A stretch of 64,000 bases of DNA from Candidatus Gottesmanbacteria bacterium (GCA_963711735.1 CAVQFA010000003.1:82971-146970); one strand, 5' to 3'; positions 16,285-27,573 are shown, numbered from the stretch's first letter. Notes: generated by a model from the sequence alone, not told the origin. Numbers and translations are program-made.

Positions 16285-16911
16285 TTAAACCGTCCCGAAG
16301 TACCTGTCTCCGAAGTCTCCGAGTCCCGGAACTATGTATTTTTTATCATTGAGGTTCCTGTCAATTGCAGCCGTGTAAATTTCCACGTCCGGATGTTCTT
16401 TTTGTATGCGTGTAATTCCTTCCGGTGCTGATACGATACAAACGAGCGTAATCTTTTTTGCTCCCATTTCTTTTATTGCCTTCACCGTATCGTCAAATGA
16501 TCCGCCGGTTGCAAGCATCGGATCAAGAATAACGACATTTCCTTTGGTGACCATTTTGGGAATTTTTTTGTAGTATTCGCGTGCAATAGCTGTTGTTTCA
16601 TCCCGCTCAAGCCCGATAAATCCGACGGAGATTGCGGGAAGAAAATCCTGTATGGCAAAAAGCATGGCAAGTCCTGCACGAAGAACCGGCACCACAACCA
16701 CATCGTCTTTAAGTTCCCTGCCGTCTGTCCAGGCAAGCGGTGTTTCTATATGAATGGTGTGTACCTTCAGGTGTTTGATTGCCTCCAGAACCACGATTTT
16801 TGATACGATTGCCGCATGCCGGCGGAACTCTTCTGTTTTCGTGTGTTTATTCCTCAGAATTGTGAGAGAGTGGTCAATGAGAGGATGTTTGATTGTGTGT
16901 ATATGTGTCAT
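16285..16911 (-). CDS. upp: Uracil phosphoribosyltransferase
   Basis: VPVLRAG, DPMLATGGS, YIVPGLGDFGDRYFG. Confidence 0.97.
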   Translation of the reverse strand: MTHIHTIKHPLIDHSLTILRNKHTKTEEFRRHAAIVSKIVVLEAIKHLKVHTIHIETPLAWTDGRELKDDVVVVPVLRAGLAMLFAIQDFLPAISVGFIGLERDETTAIAREYYKKIPKMVTKGNVVILDPMLATGGSFDDTVKAIKEMGAKKITLVCIVSAPEGITRIQKEHPDVEIYTAAIDRNLNDKKYIVPGLGDFGDRYFGTV

Positions 16912-16934
16912 AAATATTTAATATATGTCGTTTG

Positions 16935-17006
16935 TGCGCCTGCTTGGAATCGGACCAAGTACATCCACTTTATAAGAGTGGCGTTCTACCACTGAACTAC
17001 AGGCGC
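16935..17006 (-). tRNA. tRNA-Ile(TAT)
   Basis: GCGCCTG acceptor, CCACT-CTTATAA-AGTGG anticodon arm, discriminator A. Confidence 0.88.
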
Positions 17007-17103
17007 TTCATTGTTATCATCGGCTATTGTACCAAAACTTTCTTCAATAATGAATCTTTGTTGAAAAAGACACAATATACGTAATTTGCTACAATACGCG
17101 TAC

Positions 17104-18374
17104 ATGGATCGGATCAAACGGATGCTCTATTTTATCGTTGCCGGGTATTTTCGGGTGTTCGCGCGCATCCGGCTTTCCCGATGGCATCCGACTATTATTG
17201 TCATTACGGCTTCAAGCGGAAAAACAACGCTTTTACATATGCTTGCATCACAACTCGGAAATCGTGCTAAATTCTCCTATCACGCCAATTCCGCTCTCGG
17301 AATCCCATTCGATATCCTGGATATCCACAGGAAAACGCTTCTTCGTCGCGAATGGATAGGTATATTCCTGAAAGCATTGTTTATGGCATTTGCTTCTCCT
17401 CCAAACGAAAAACTCTATATAGTTGAAGCAGATTGTGACCGCCCCGGAGAAGGAAAGTTCCTGGGTTCATTTCTCAAACCCCACATTACCGTATGGCTCA
17501 ACGTTACGCGTACGCACAGTATGAATTTTGACCGGCTCGTTGCGCGTGGGAAATATGCGTCTGTTGACGCAGCTATAGCTCACGAATTCGGATATTATAT
17601 CCAATTCGCAACAGACTCTGTCATTATAAACGGAGATTCCTCACTTCTGTAGAAACGAACTGCACCGGACAAAGGCAAAAATTTCGGAAATGAAAATGGC
17701 AGACTGTACCTCCTTCCGGGTAAAAAAATATGAAACGGAATTTACCGTCAGAGGTAAAATCTATACTTTCCGCGCCATGCTTCCGCCGGATGCGTTTTAT
17801 GAAGTTGATGCGGTTATCCGGCTTATGGAATATCTTTCCCTCCCCATCAAACCCGCATTCCCGAATTTCGTCATGCCTCCTGGCCGCGGTATGGTATTTG
17901 ACGGGAAAAAGAACATGACTCTGGTAGATTCCAGCTACAACGCAAACGGGTCATCAATGACAAACATGCTCACCCTTTTTTCCCGATATCCTGCAAAGAC
18001 GAAATGGCTGGTGCTCGGCGATATGCTTGAACAGGGAGAGGAAGAACGGGAGGAGCATGCCAAACTTGCGCCGTTTATTGCGACAGTCGGCGCCAAACAA
18101 ATCATCCTTATGGGTACGCGTATTACCTCATACACATACCCGATTCTTGCAAAAGACACTTGGAAAAAACGTGTCGGTAGTACACTTCGACGAGCCGAGT
18201 GAGGTTCTTGATTATCTGGAAAAAAATCTCAAAGGCGGTGAGGCAATATTTTTCAAAGGAGGACGCCTGTTGGAAGGTGTTATTGAACATCTTCTTGCCA
18301 GTCCCGCTGACGCAAAATATTTAAGCCGCAGGGAGCTTGTTTGGCAACGTCGGCGTCAAAAGGCCGGTTTGTAA
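17104..18374 (+). CDS. murF: MurF-like Mur ligase (split by two apparent frameshifts)
   Basis: ITASSGKTT, PGRG, DSSYNA, VLGDMLEQG, FKGGR across three ORFs. Confidence 0.75.
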
Positions 18375-18381
18375 TGTGATT

Positions 18382-19081
18382 ATGGACAGTAAAAAGAAAC
18401 TCTACATACTGCACGGATGGGCATACCGGACGGATAAATGGCAACCCTTTCTTTCCGCACTGGAAAAATGTGGGTTTGAACCGGTCATGATCCCCATACC
18501 GGGGCTGACTACTCCGATGCAAAAGCCATGGACAATTGATGACTTTATTTCATATCTTGAAAAAACTTTTCCGAAGAATGCACCTTTCTTTCTCTTGGGA
18601 CACTCAAACGGCGGGAGGCTTGCCATCCGTTTTGCAATCAAACACCCCGGCCGCATCAGACATCTTATCCTTGTTGACAGCGCGGGTGTCTACCATACTG
18701 ATATACATATTCAATTGAAACGTTCTGTGTTTAAGCTTCTGTCAGTTATAGGCCAACCGCTTAAAAACATTCCGGTTTTCCGGAAATTCGTCGTATTTGT
18801 TCATAGGTGAGCGTGATTATCTGGAAGCGCCTCCTTATACACGCCGAACTATGTCTAATCTTCTCGAATCTGATAAAAATCTCAATTTGGATACTCTGCG
18901 TGTTCCGACGTCTATTATCTGGGGAGAAAATGATACGGTTACTCCCGTGTCCGATGGTCTTCACATGAAAAATATAATACCGAATGCCACGTGTCATATT
19001 ATCCCCAATGCCCGCCACGCACCTCAATTTACACATGTTTCTGAAGTTGTTAAGTGTGTTCAACGAGCTATACATGGATAA
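18382..19081 (+). CDS. Alpha/beta hydrolase (frameshifted near 18790)
   Basis: LHGW, GHSNGG, IWGENDTVTP, ARHAP. Confidence 0.8.
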
Positions 19082-19119
19082 CAGCGAAGGTTTATCGTAA
19101 TTTTATGTCATACGGCACG

Positions 19120-19254
19120 TGTGTTGAATTTTTTCTGGATTCACTTGCTCTTTAGAGTGATATTGAGGAGCAATAATTTGTAAGCATACACGTTGTGTAT
19201 AATTTATGCGGAATATGCAACTGAAGACAGATAAAAATTCAATACCGTGACGTG
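19120..19254 (+). repeat. Degenerate dispersed repeat, copy 1
   Basis: Shares TTCACTTGCTCTT and TATG.AACTGAAG.C.GATAAAAA...AATACCGTG.CGT with 23742-23878. Confidence 0.65.
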
Positions 19255-19271
19255 TGTATTCTTATGAATCT

Positions 19272-20501
19272 ATGAATATTTTCAACTCTCTGGGATCCAA
19301 TTATCGCTTTTCGACTGCCCAGTTTGCACTCGTAACGCCGGACTTCAAATACTTCCGCAAACGCCTTCGGAAGTACCTCAATGACCGCTACGACTGCCGG
19401 TCCGTCCTCCTTTCCAAAGGACGTGAGGCAATTGAGCTTGCTCTTCGGATATCCGAACTTCCACCGGGAAGCAAAGTTGCCGTCAACGGATTTACGTGCT
19501 TTGTCGTTGTTGACGCAATCAAACGCGCAGGATTTATTCCGAAGTTTATTGATATTAAAATGGATATCCTCCACTTTACACCGGAAGCGCTCGAAACGGC
19601 AGTAAAAAAAGATCCTTCAATCCGTGTGGTTCTTATCCAGAATACTCTCGGATTTCCGTGCCGGATACAGGAAATCAAACGCCTATGTCAAAAGTACAAT
19701 CTCATTCTTATCGAAGATCTTGCCCACAGCGTCGGCTGTATGTATGATGCTGTACGGGAAGCAGGTACTGTCGGTGATTTCGCAGCTCTGTCATTTAGCC
19801 AGGACAAAAGCATTGATGCTGTTACGGGTGGCGCACTTCTTGTGAGAAACAGAAAATTCTTCCATTCTGTTTCAGAAATTCATGTTGCCTGTTTACCGTT
19901 ATTACAATCTCTCCGGTACAGAATATACCCGATACTCACGTGGTGGATCCGCACGCTTTACCCATTCCGGCTCGGAGCCGTCCTGCATTGGTTTGCTAAA
20001 ACATCCAGGGTGTTGTCATTGCCGATTGATAACTCCGATAAACCCACTCAGTATGACATTCCCGGATGGTGTGCGTCATTTGCATACAGGGAATATAAAG
20101 ATCTGCAGAAACTCCTCTTTCACAGGAAAAAAATCGCACACATTTATGCACACTACCTCCTCCCGATTGTCAGTTTTCCCAAACTCAACGATTGGATCAA
20201 ATATTCCTCCTGTATACGCTTCCCTGTCCGTATTCCCGACCGCTCCCGGTTTCTGGCATATTGTAAGAAATACGGTCTTTATATTGCCGATATCTGGTAT
20301 GATGCGCCTGTCGCACCGAAAAAAATGATTCGAAACAGTTCCTATGTACATGGCTCCTGCCCCGTCGGAGAAGCAGTGTCCGCGGAAATTGTAAATCTGC
20401 CGACGCACATCGGGATTTCTCCGAAAACAGCAGAAAAGATTTGCCGCTTTATTAATAATTATGTGCGTTTGGATACAAAGAAAATCACAGAAAGCGTATG
20501 A
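19272..20501 (+). CDS. DegT/DnrJ/EryC1/StrS family PLP aminotransferase
   Basis: LIEDLAHS, SFSQDK, GGAL, NLPTH. Confidence 0.9.
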   Translation: MNIFNSLGSNYRFSTAQFALVTPDFKYFRKRLRKYLNDRYDCRSVLLSKGREAIELALRISELPPGSKVAVNGFTCFVVVDAIKRAGFIPKFIDIKMDILHFTPEALETAVKKDPSIRVVLIQNTLGFPCRIQEIKRLCQKYNLILIEDLAHSVGCMYDAVREAGTVGDFAALSFSQDKSIDAVTGGALLVRNRKFFHSVSEIHVACLPLLQSLRYRIYPILTWWIRTLYPFRLGAVLHWFAKTSRVLSLPIDNSDKPTQYDIPGWCASFAYREYKDLQKLLFHRKKIAHIYAHYLLPIVSFPKLNDWIKYSSCIRFPVRIPDRSRFLAYCKKYGLYIADIWYDAPVAPKKMIRNSSYVHGSCPVGEAVSAEIVNLPTHIGISPKTAEKICRFINNYVRLDTKKITESV

Positions 20502-21518
20502 TTACCGCCAAAACCGTTCCGGAGAAAAACGTCTGGGAATTATATCTTGGATCGCGCCCTGAGGCGAACTTTCTCCAGTCATGGTGGTGGGGAGAATTTC
20601 ACACACGTATTGAAAATTCTAGTCTTTCGGATAGGATTTTACGATAAGGACAAACTTCTTGGTGTTTGCCTTTCAGTCCTCGAGAGAGCACGTCGCGGAC
20701 GATACCTTACGGTTCCCGCAGGACCGGTTATTGACTGGAAAAATCAGGTGCTTGTCGGCGCATGGATGAAATCGCTTCGGAGTATTGCCCGTCAAACGGA
20801 CGCGTCATTCGTACGTGTCAGGCCTCAGCTTATTGATACGGAAAATTCACTTGCCATTTTCCGTACACTGGGTTTTCGTCCTGCACCGATGCATCTTCAT
20901 GCACAACTCACCAATGAACTGGACATAACAAAGACTGAAGAAGAACTGCTCCTGGGAATGCGTAAATCCACGCGATATGAAATACGTCAATCCGATAAAG
21001 CGGGTATCAGGGTATCTGCTTCAACAAATCCCAAGGATATCAAAGCATTCTATGACCTTCAACTTACTACGGCGAAACGACAGGGTTTTGTTCCCTTTTC
21101 GCTTACATATCTCGAAGAACAATTCCGCGTGTTCGCCCGTCAGGATATGGCAACGTTGTTTTCATCCTGGCTCGGCAGTACGCTTCTTGCTCAGGCGTTT
21201 ATCATCTTTTACGGACATGAAGCCGTATACCATTACGGTGCATCAACGGACGAGGCACGGAAATATCCGGGTGCGTATGCCATCCAATGGGCAGCAATCC
21301 GGGAAGCAAAAAAAAGAGGGATGAAAACATACAATTTCTGGGGAGTTGCTCCTGAGAATGAACCTAATCACCGTTTCTCTTCTCTATCGCTATTCAAGCG
21401 CGGATTCGGAGGAAAAGATGTTTCATATCTCCCTGCACAGGATCTTGTCGTTGATCCGCTCCGGTACGCTGTCAGTTCGGCCTTCGAAACTGTACGGAAG
21501 GCTGTCCGCAGGGTATAA
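20498..21518 (+). CDS. FemABX family peptidoglycan bridge/aminoacyl transferase (N-terminal frameshift)
   Basis: ANFLQSWWWGEFH in upstream frame; PAGP, TRYEIR, YHYGAS, YNFWG, FKRGFGG. Confidence 0.85.
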
Positions 21519-21547
21519 TCATACTTCCTGTCCGAACTATCCCGATC

Positions 21548-22222
21548 ATGTCGTGCGAAAAAAATTATCTCACCGATCTTACGCATCGTGTCGAGTCTTG
21601 CTTCGACGAAAATGAAATGCTCCGGTTCCTTTGGAGTATCGAAGGAATACCAATAGACCCCACACGAATCAACGGGAATGTGCTCGTTATCGGTCCGGGT
21701 TATGTATTTCCAGAACGGGTACTACTCTGCACGCCAGAATCTCTGTTCAGAACCCCGCATTCGGATATTAGTACCATAACTCTTTGCGATGAGGATTATC
21801 TAGCATTACCAAGTGATTCGTTTTCAACATGGAATATAAAAGTGGGATCATATCCTTACACACCGGATGAAACACATACAATTCCATTCTATCTTGCTTA
21901 TGCACGGGACATGCTTCAAGACATACCGGAAAGTACGTTTGATGTTGTTTTATTCTTTCGTCAGCCATTTTTTGCCCGACATCTCATGAATGATGGAAAT
22001 CTAGCCGAGATACATCGTACACTGCGCAAAGGAGGGTATTTTCTCGGATCAGGTTGTATGAAACATACGTTGTTTACTTCGATTGGTGAAGATAAAGAAC
22101 GATTCCGTGAATTTTGTAATGAAATTGGAATGACTGTCGACTCACTCACCCAATTATATGATTTTGATCAAAGTAGTTATGTATATAAGGACAATCATGG
22201 AGTCACCGCTACGAAGGTGTGA
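21548..22222 (+). CDS. Hypothetical protein, possible SAM-methyltransferase fold
   Basis: VLVIGPG, FDVV, EIHRTLRKGGYF. Confidence 0.55.
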   Translation: MSCEKNYLTDLTHRVESCFDENEMLRFLWSIEGIPIDPTRINGNVLVIGPGYVFPERVLLCTPESLFRTPHSDISTITLCDEDYLALPSDSFSTWNIKVGSYPYTPDETHTIPFYLAYARDMLQDIPESTFDVVLFFRQPFFARHLMNDGNLAEIHRTLRKGGYFLGSGCMKHTLFTSIGEDKERFREFCNEIGMTVDSLTQLYDFDQSSYVYKDNHGVTATKV

Positions 22223-23630
22223 CGTTTAGAAGTCGTTCCATCTCCGCTTCAGTTTCCAGTGCTTTTTTCCGTGTGTTTCCGAATATGACGTATGCAAGTT
22301 GTTTGTTTGCAAGTACATTTTCCGATATGATGACGAGGCCTTCCTTTGTTTTATTGTTATAGAGAATCGGCTGCATTCTTTTGTACATTTCCGTAAATGA
22401 AGTAAGTGTCGCGTCAGAAAACGGATACGAATTATGGGAAAGGACTATCGTCTCATACATAAACTCTTTCCCGAACAATTTTTCCGCTATGTGATACACA
22501 TGCGTTCCGCCGGTTCTTCTGGTATTTGATTCCGTGACATACATTTTTCCGTTTTTTCCGGCAACATAGTCTACGTCAAAATACCCGCGGTACCCCTCTG
22601 ACGCATACCGTTCGGCGATGAAATATCCGGTGTCGACAAGTTGAGCAGCCTGTTTGGGCGGTATTGCTTCGTTATGAATCTCAACACCATGAAATACACC
22701 GTCCTTGGTAACCCGAAGTCCGCAGTAATACAGAAATTCTATGTGTCCGTTTCTGGAGATTTTAAATTCCACATTCGGAAATCCTCCTCCCACGGAAGTA
22801 CTCACATTGATAAAATCCTCTATGATGATGGGAAATAAATCCCAATATGCGTCTTTTTTCAGGTATGTGAGTATTTCCCGCTCACACGAACGGTAATCAC
22901 CCGGCAAATCTCCGGGCCGGAATATGAGGACTCCCGCACCTGAGTGTCCTTTATTGGTTTTGATGACGACACCCTGGTTCTTCACATATTTATTTGCTGC
23001 TATCCGTGCCGCGTCAACTATGGATACGCAGATGATTCCTTCCGGCATGATAAAATCGGGCTCTGCCGCAGTGCTTGCGCCTGCCAGTTGCCGTATGCCT
23101 GACTTACTGCCATAAAAGTTTACTGTCCATGCGTCTTCTTCATCGGGTGCCTCACATGTGACCACCGCTATCCCCCGTTTTTGCACTACTTCAACGAGTG
23201 ACAGAAATTGAAACGATGTAGCATAAGAAAGCATCGTCACTTTTCGTGAAGAATTTGCAGCTGTCTCTATGGCTTTCAGTATTTTCTCATCCGCGATGAT
23301 ATCCCTGCAGATCTCTCCGCTGTGGTTTACGGGCGATAAAATATCAAAATTTCTCTTACCGGTGAGCTCTTCAAAGTAAGATAAAAATGTGTTTCCGATC
23401 GGTTTGGGGCATATAAATAAAACGTGGTTTTCGCTCGCAAGGGAAAACAAATCACGGTCAGCAAGCGTTGCATTTTCGTTAATTTCCGCCTTTCGCGCGA
23501 CGGGATCGGACATGGCTGAAATAAACGGCCATACGTCCTCAGAGAGATTTGCTATATAAATAACTGATTCGGGATGTTTCCTACCGCCACCAGGTTCTTC
23601 TTGTTCGTTCATGAAGATGTATATTCTCAT
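22209..23630 (-). CDS. ATP-grasp protein (preATP-grasp/PGM1-like)
   Basis: VIKTNKGHSGAG, GYRGYFDVD, ESNTRRTGGTH. Confidence 0.8.
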   Translation of the reverse strand: MRIYIFMNEQEEPGGGRKHPESVIYIANLSEDVWPFISAMSDPVARKAEINENATLADRDLFSLASENHVLFICPKPIGNTFLSYFEELTGKRNFDILSPVNHSGEICRDIIADEKILKAIETAANSSRKVTMLSYATSFQFLSLVEVVQKRGIAVVTCEAPDEEDAWTVNFYGSKSGIRQLAGASTAAEPDFIMPEGIICVSIVDAARIAANKYVKNQGVVIKTNKGHSGAGVLIFRPGDLPGDYRSCEREILTYLKKDAYWDLFPIIIEDFINVSTSVGGGFPNVEFKISRNGHIEFLYYCGLRVTKDGVFHGVEIHNEAIPPKQAAQLVDTGYFIAERYASEGYRGYFDVDYVAGKNGKMYVTESNTRRTGGTHVYHIAEKLFGKEFMYETIVLSHNSYPFSDATLTSFTEMYKRMQPILYNNKTKEGLVIISENVLANKQLAYVIFGNTRKKALETEAEMERLLNVTPS

Positions 23631-23741
23631 CCTTAATTTCTAAATGTTCAGGATGATCTGCTAATAGTACTGCATATGATGGGAAAATCAAGAGATGAAA
23701 TTTTCAGAAATTTGTTACATCATTCGTTTTAAACGACACGA

Positions 23742-23878
23742 CTGTTAAATTTTTTTCAGACTTCACTTGCTCTTGAGGATTATCTTCAGTGGCATTTGTA
23801 GGGATGTACTATAGAACATTCTTATGAAAAGTATGGGTATGAAACTGAAGGCTGATAAAAAATTTAATACCGTGGCGT
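23742..23878 (+). repeat. Degenerate dispersed repeat, copy 2
   Basis: See copy at 19120-19254. Confidence 0.65.
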
Positions 23879-23929
23879 TTCAATTTCCTGATTCTTGTCG
23901 CCATAGTATACTCCTGATATAATCACTTC

Positions 23930-24076
23930 ATGCCAAAACGAGTATTCCAACCGAAAAAAATCAAACGTGTCCGTAAGCACGGCTTCCGCACACGCATGAA
24001 AACAGCCGGCGGACGCAAGGTCCTTAAACACCGCCGCATTGTCAACCGCAAACGGCTCTCTGTATCTTCGAAATAA
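23930..24076 (+). CDS. rpmH: 50S ribosomal protein L34
   Basis: Manual translation [32 protein letters not shown]...; precedes rnpA. Confidence 0.97.
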   Translation: MPKRVFQPKKIKRVRKHGFRTRMKTAGGRKVLKHRRIVNRKRLSVSSK

Positions 24077-24124
24077 CATACATGCTTTTGTACCTCAGAA
24101 GTATCACGGTATATAATTGAATAT

Positions 24125-24472
24125 ATGCTTCCCCGACATTTACGTCTTCCGACATCCCGCATCCTTCCGCTTCTGAAATCCGGTTCCCGGTCATCCTACG
24201 AATCTATGCAGCTTATTTATAAAAAAACACAAAACGGAAATGTGCGTTTTGCCGTTATTGTTCCGATACGAATTGAAAAACGGACAGTAATGAGAAACCG
24301 TATGAAACGGTTCGTAAGGGTTTCTATCCGTCACCTTGCTCCTCTTATTCTGCCGGGTGTTGACGGTATTCTCATGGCAAAATATGTCAAAGGTATTACA
24401 CAATCTTCTGTTGAAGCGCACATGCTGCACCTTTTTATGGCCGGACGGCTTTATTCAAAAAAATCAAAATGA
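24125..24472 (+). CDS. rnpA: Ribonuclease P protein
   Basis: [17 protein letters not shown]; synteny. Confidence 0.9.
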   Translation: MLPRHLRLPTSRILPLLKSGSRSSYESMQLIYKKTQNGNVRFAVIVPIRIEKRTVMRNRMKRFVRVSIRHLAPLILPGVDGILMAKYVKGITQSSVEAHMLHLFMAGRLYSKKSK

Positions 24473-24717
24473 AAAAATTTATCCTTCTTTCCATCCGGTT
24501 CTACCAGCGATATCTTTCTCCTGATTCGGGTCTCCTTAAATCTCTTTATCTTACGGACGGAGTATGCAGATTTGAACCGCATTGCAGTGAGTATACATAT
24601 CAAGCAATCGGGCGCTATGGTATAATACTCGGATTGTACGTGGGTCTGAAACGCATTGTCCGGTGCCATCCATGGTCGAAAGGCGGCTATGATCCGGTAC
24701 CGGATCATATAAAGTAA
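24469..24717 (+). CDS. yidD: Membrane protein insertion efficiency factor
   Basis: [24 protein letters not shown]. Confidence 0.95.
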   Translation: MKKFILLSIRFYQRYLSPDSGLLKSLYLTDGVCRFEPHCSEYTYQAIGRYGIILGLYVGLKRIVRCHPWSKGGYDPVPDHIK

Positions 24718-24748
24718 ATCATACATTGCGTATAATTCACTGATTTTT

Positions 24749-25579
24749 ATGTCAAATCCAAATCTCTGGAACCAGCTTCTTGTATGGCCGATTGCCAACA
24801 TTCTGGTGCTTTTTTATAAAATATGCGAGTGGCTCCATATACCCGGACCATTGGGCTGGGCTGTCATCCTCCTCACAATTACCATACGCGTTATTCTCTA
24901 CCCCCTCATGCATGCACAGATGAAATCCACAAAAAAAATGGCTGATCTGAAACCTAAAATCGACGAGCTATCCAAAAAACACAAAGACGATAAAACCGCA
25001 CTTCAGCAGGCACAACTGGCTTTATATAAAGAGCATGGTATAAATCCCGTTGCGGGATGCCTACCTCTTCTTGTCCAGATGCCGGTTCTCATTGCACTCT
25101 ATAGCGTGTTTAACCAGGTTCTCAATAACGGTAATCTGGCAAAGGTTGTCACGGAAATAAATAAAATCGTTTATCTTCCGGCTCTTAAACTTACGGAGCT
25201 CAATCTTACGTTTTTCGGAATAAATCTTGGTATTAAACCAAGTGAGTGGCAAAAGTACGGATGGTTGCTTTTGTCCGTTCCCCTTATAACCGGTCTGTTG
25301 CAATGGTACCAGACCAAACTTATGATGCCCGCACGCCAGAAAAATCCAGGCGACAAATCACTTGCCAAACTTCTCAAGGATACTTCCTCATCAGATAAAA
25401 ACAAAAAAGAAAAGTCTGAAACGGATACCGCGGGAGAAATGCAGCAGCAAATGGCACTCATCTCACCGGTTATGTTTGCGATATTTGCATTCCAGTTTCC
25501 CTTGGGACTCGCCCTCTATTGGAACGTGTTTGGGCTTTTTGGTATCATACAGCAAATGCAAGTGAACAAGCAGAGGTAG
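24749..25579 (+). CDS. yidC: YidC/Oxa1 insertase
   Basis: GINPVAGCLPLLVQMP, GLALYW. Confidence 0.95.
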   Translation: MSNPNLWNQLLVWPIANILVLFYKICEWLHIPGPLGWAVILLTITIRVILYPLMHAQMKSTKKMADLKPKIDELSKKHKDDKTALQQAQLALYKEHGINPVAGCLPLLVQMPVLIALYSVFNQVLNNGNLAKVVTEINKIVYLPALKLTELNLTFFGINLGIKPSEWQKYGWLLLSVPLITGLLQWYQTKLMMPARQKNPGDKSLAKLLKDTSSSDKNKKEKSETDTAGEMQQQMALISPVMFAIFAFQFPLGLALYWNVFGLFGIIQQMQVNKQR

Positions 25580-25667
25580 TCCCTATCCTCAAAAAGGAAT
25601 AGTCATAAGTATACGTGTGCGTGCCGGATGATTATTTACATTTGCAGGATAATTGGACAGTATATAT

Positions 25668-26129
25668 ATGGATGATCATTCAAAACAAATACAGACAATT
25701 ACAGAAGATCTTCTTAAAAGGCTTGAAATAACCGGAACAGTAAATGTTGTTGTTGATGAATCGGGGGCATACCGTACGCACATCGACACCGAAGAAACAG
25801 GTCTTCTTATCGGATTTCATGGACAAACGCTTGAGAGTTTTCAGATTATCCTCGGACTTCTTGTTTCCAAAAGCATAGGATCGTGGCAGAAAGTATACGT
25901 GAACATCGGTGATTATCGTGAAAAACGCGAAGAAGCCCTCATGCATATGGCACAAACGGCAGCTGAACGCGCAATTGCTCTGAACAGACCTGTCGAACTT
26001 TCCAGATTGTCCGCGGCGGAACGGCGCATCATCCATCTCACGCTTTCCGGTGATGAGCGTGTTGAGACCGAATCAATCGGTGAAGGAATGGATCGGAGAC
26101 TTCTGGTAAAACCCAAACCGACTTCCTGA
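25668..26129 (+). CDS. jag: Jag/EloR-like KH-R3H RNA-binding protein
   Basis: LLIGFHGQTL, ERRIIH, TESIGEG. Confidence 0.88.
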   Translation: MDDHSKQIQTITEDLLKRLEITGTVNVVVDESGAYRTHIDTEETGLLIGFHGQTLESFQIILGLLVSKSIGSWQKVYVNIGDYREKREEALMHMAQTAAERAIALNRPVELSRLSAAERRIIHLTLSGDERVETESIGEGMDRRLLVKPKPTS

Positions 26130-26153
26130 AAAAATATCCGTTTTTTATTTTTC

Positions 26154-27518
26154 ATGCTGAAGGGTATACTCATGGGTAGTATGCCAATCCATAAGGCTTT
26201 GTTCTATCTCACAATTCTTCTTCTTCCTACACAGCTTGCATACCACCACTGGACGGAATTCTCTATGATACTCGGACGGAATGTCGACTATCTTGTACCG
26301 ACAATCTATGTTACGGATATTTTCGTTATCGGTACGCTTGTCGCATATGGGATACATAAGCGAAATCGCATCCTATATGTTGCCGGGCGGACGGTCAGGA
26401 ATTTTTTAGCAACTCCTCATACCAATACATATATTCTTTTATTTTTTATTATTTTTGTATTTATAAATACCGTACTTTCAAAAAATATTTCCGTGACATT
26501 ATTCAGGTGGTTAAAGTTCGCTGAACTTGCGTTGTTTGTGTTGTATATCAAACATGCGGGAGTTCATATCCGGACTTCCCTTCTTTTTCTGATGGTTGGG
26601 CTGTCCTTAACCTCATCGCTTGCTGTTGTCCAAACCATCCTCGGACACTCTGTGGGGGGTGTTCTCTATATGTTTGGTGAACGCACATTTACTGTCGACA
26701 CACCGGGAATTGCACGGTTTTCGCTTTGTTTACCGTTTAGATTAACATGCAGGGAAATACTTCGCGGGTATGGCACACTACCTCACCCTAATGTTCTTGC
26801 AGGTATGCTTGCATCATCCATTCCGGCTGTTCTTTTGTTACTCCCTGTGCTCCGTGCATCAGAGGTACACAAAAATTACCGGATCCTGTGGGAAAAAGGG
26901 GTTCGTATATTTTTTATGGTCTCAGGATTTCTTGCTCTTATCGTATCATTCGGACGCAGTGCCATATTCGTTACATGTATCGGAATCGTTGTATCACTTA
27001 CCTTCCTGATACGGCGTCATGCATATCGTACCCGTTTCATGATAATTGCACTTGGCGTAATTCTCGCCCTGATATTTCTGCTCATCCTCCGTATCAACGT
27101 GCAGGATGAATCATTTGTACTCCGCCGGGATTTAAACCGCGCAGCTGTTTCTATCTGGCAGACATCACCGTTTGTGGGTGTGGGGCTTGGTAACTTTTTG
27201 ACACAACTCCCTCATGTATACGCTGCAAGAACGATATTTTTTCTTCAGCCTGTCCACAATATCTATCTCCTGGTTTTATCAGAAGGCGGTTTTGTAGGGT
27301 TGTCTTTCTTTGTATATGGAATATATGCACTGTTTCGGGTTATCCGGCACCTGAAAAAAAGGTCTATTCGGAACGGATTTTTTTGGGCTGTCATTTCCAT
27401 GCTCATACTTGGATTTATTGATCACTATGCTCTGACTCTTCAACAGCCTCTTTTTCTGTGTGCATTGTATGTCGGTCTTATACTCCATCTCCATGCCCGG
27501 AACGATGCGGCTATATAA
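26154..27518 (+). CDS. O-antigen ligase family membrane protein
   Basis: YGTLPHPNVLAG, GVGLGNF, PVHNIYL. Confidence 0.85.
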   Translation: MLKGILMGSMPIHKALFYLTILLLPTQLAYHHWTEFSMILGRNVDYLVPTIYVTDIFVIGTLVAYGIHKRNRILYVAGRTVRNFLATPHTNTYILLFFIIFVFINTVLSKNISVTLFRWLKFAELALFVLYIKHAGVHIRTSLLFLMVGLSLTSSLAVVQTILGHSVGGVLYMFGERTFTVDTPGIARFSLCLPFRLTCREILRGYGTLPHPNVLAGMLASSIPAVLLLLPVLRASEVHKNYRILWEKGVRIFFMVSGFLALIVSFGRSAIFVTCIGIVVSLTFLIRRHAYRTRFMIIALGVILALIFLLILRINVQDESFVLRRDLNRAAVSIWQTSPFVGVGLGNFLTQLPHVYAARTIFFLQPVHNIYLLVLSEGGFVGLSFFVYGIYALFRVIRHLKKRSIRNGFFWAVISMLILGFIDHYALTLQQPLFLCALYVGLILHLHARNDAAI

Positions 27519-27573
27519 GTGTAGTAATATAATTTAGTTGACCATTTTTTTATATACACTGTACAATGTGGCC

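Noticed and set aside
23640-23929. oriC upstream of rpmH
   Set aside because: No dnaA and no cluster of TTATCCACA boxes
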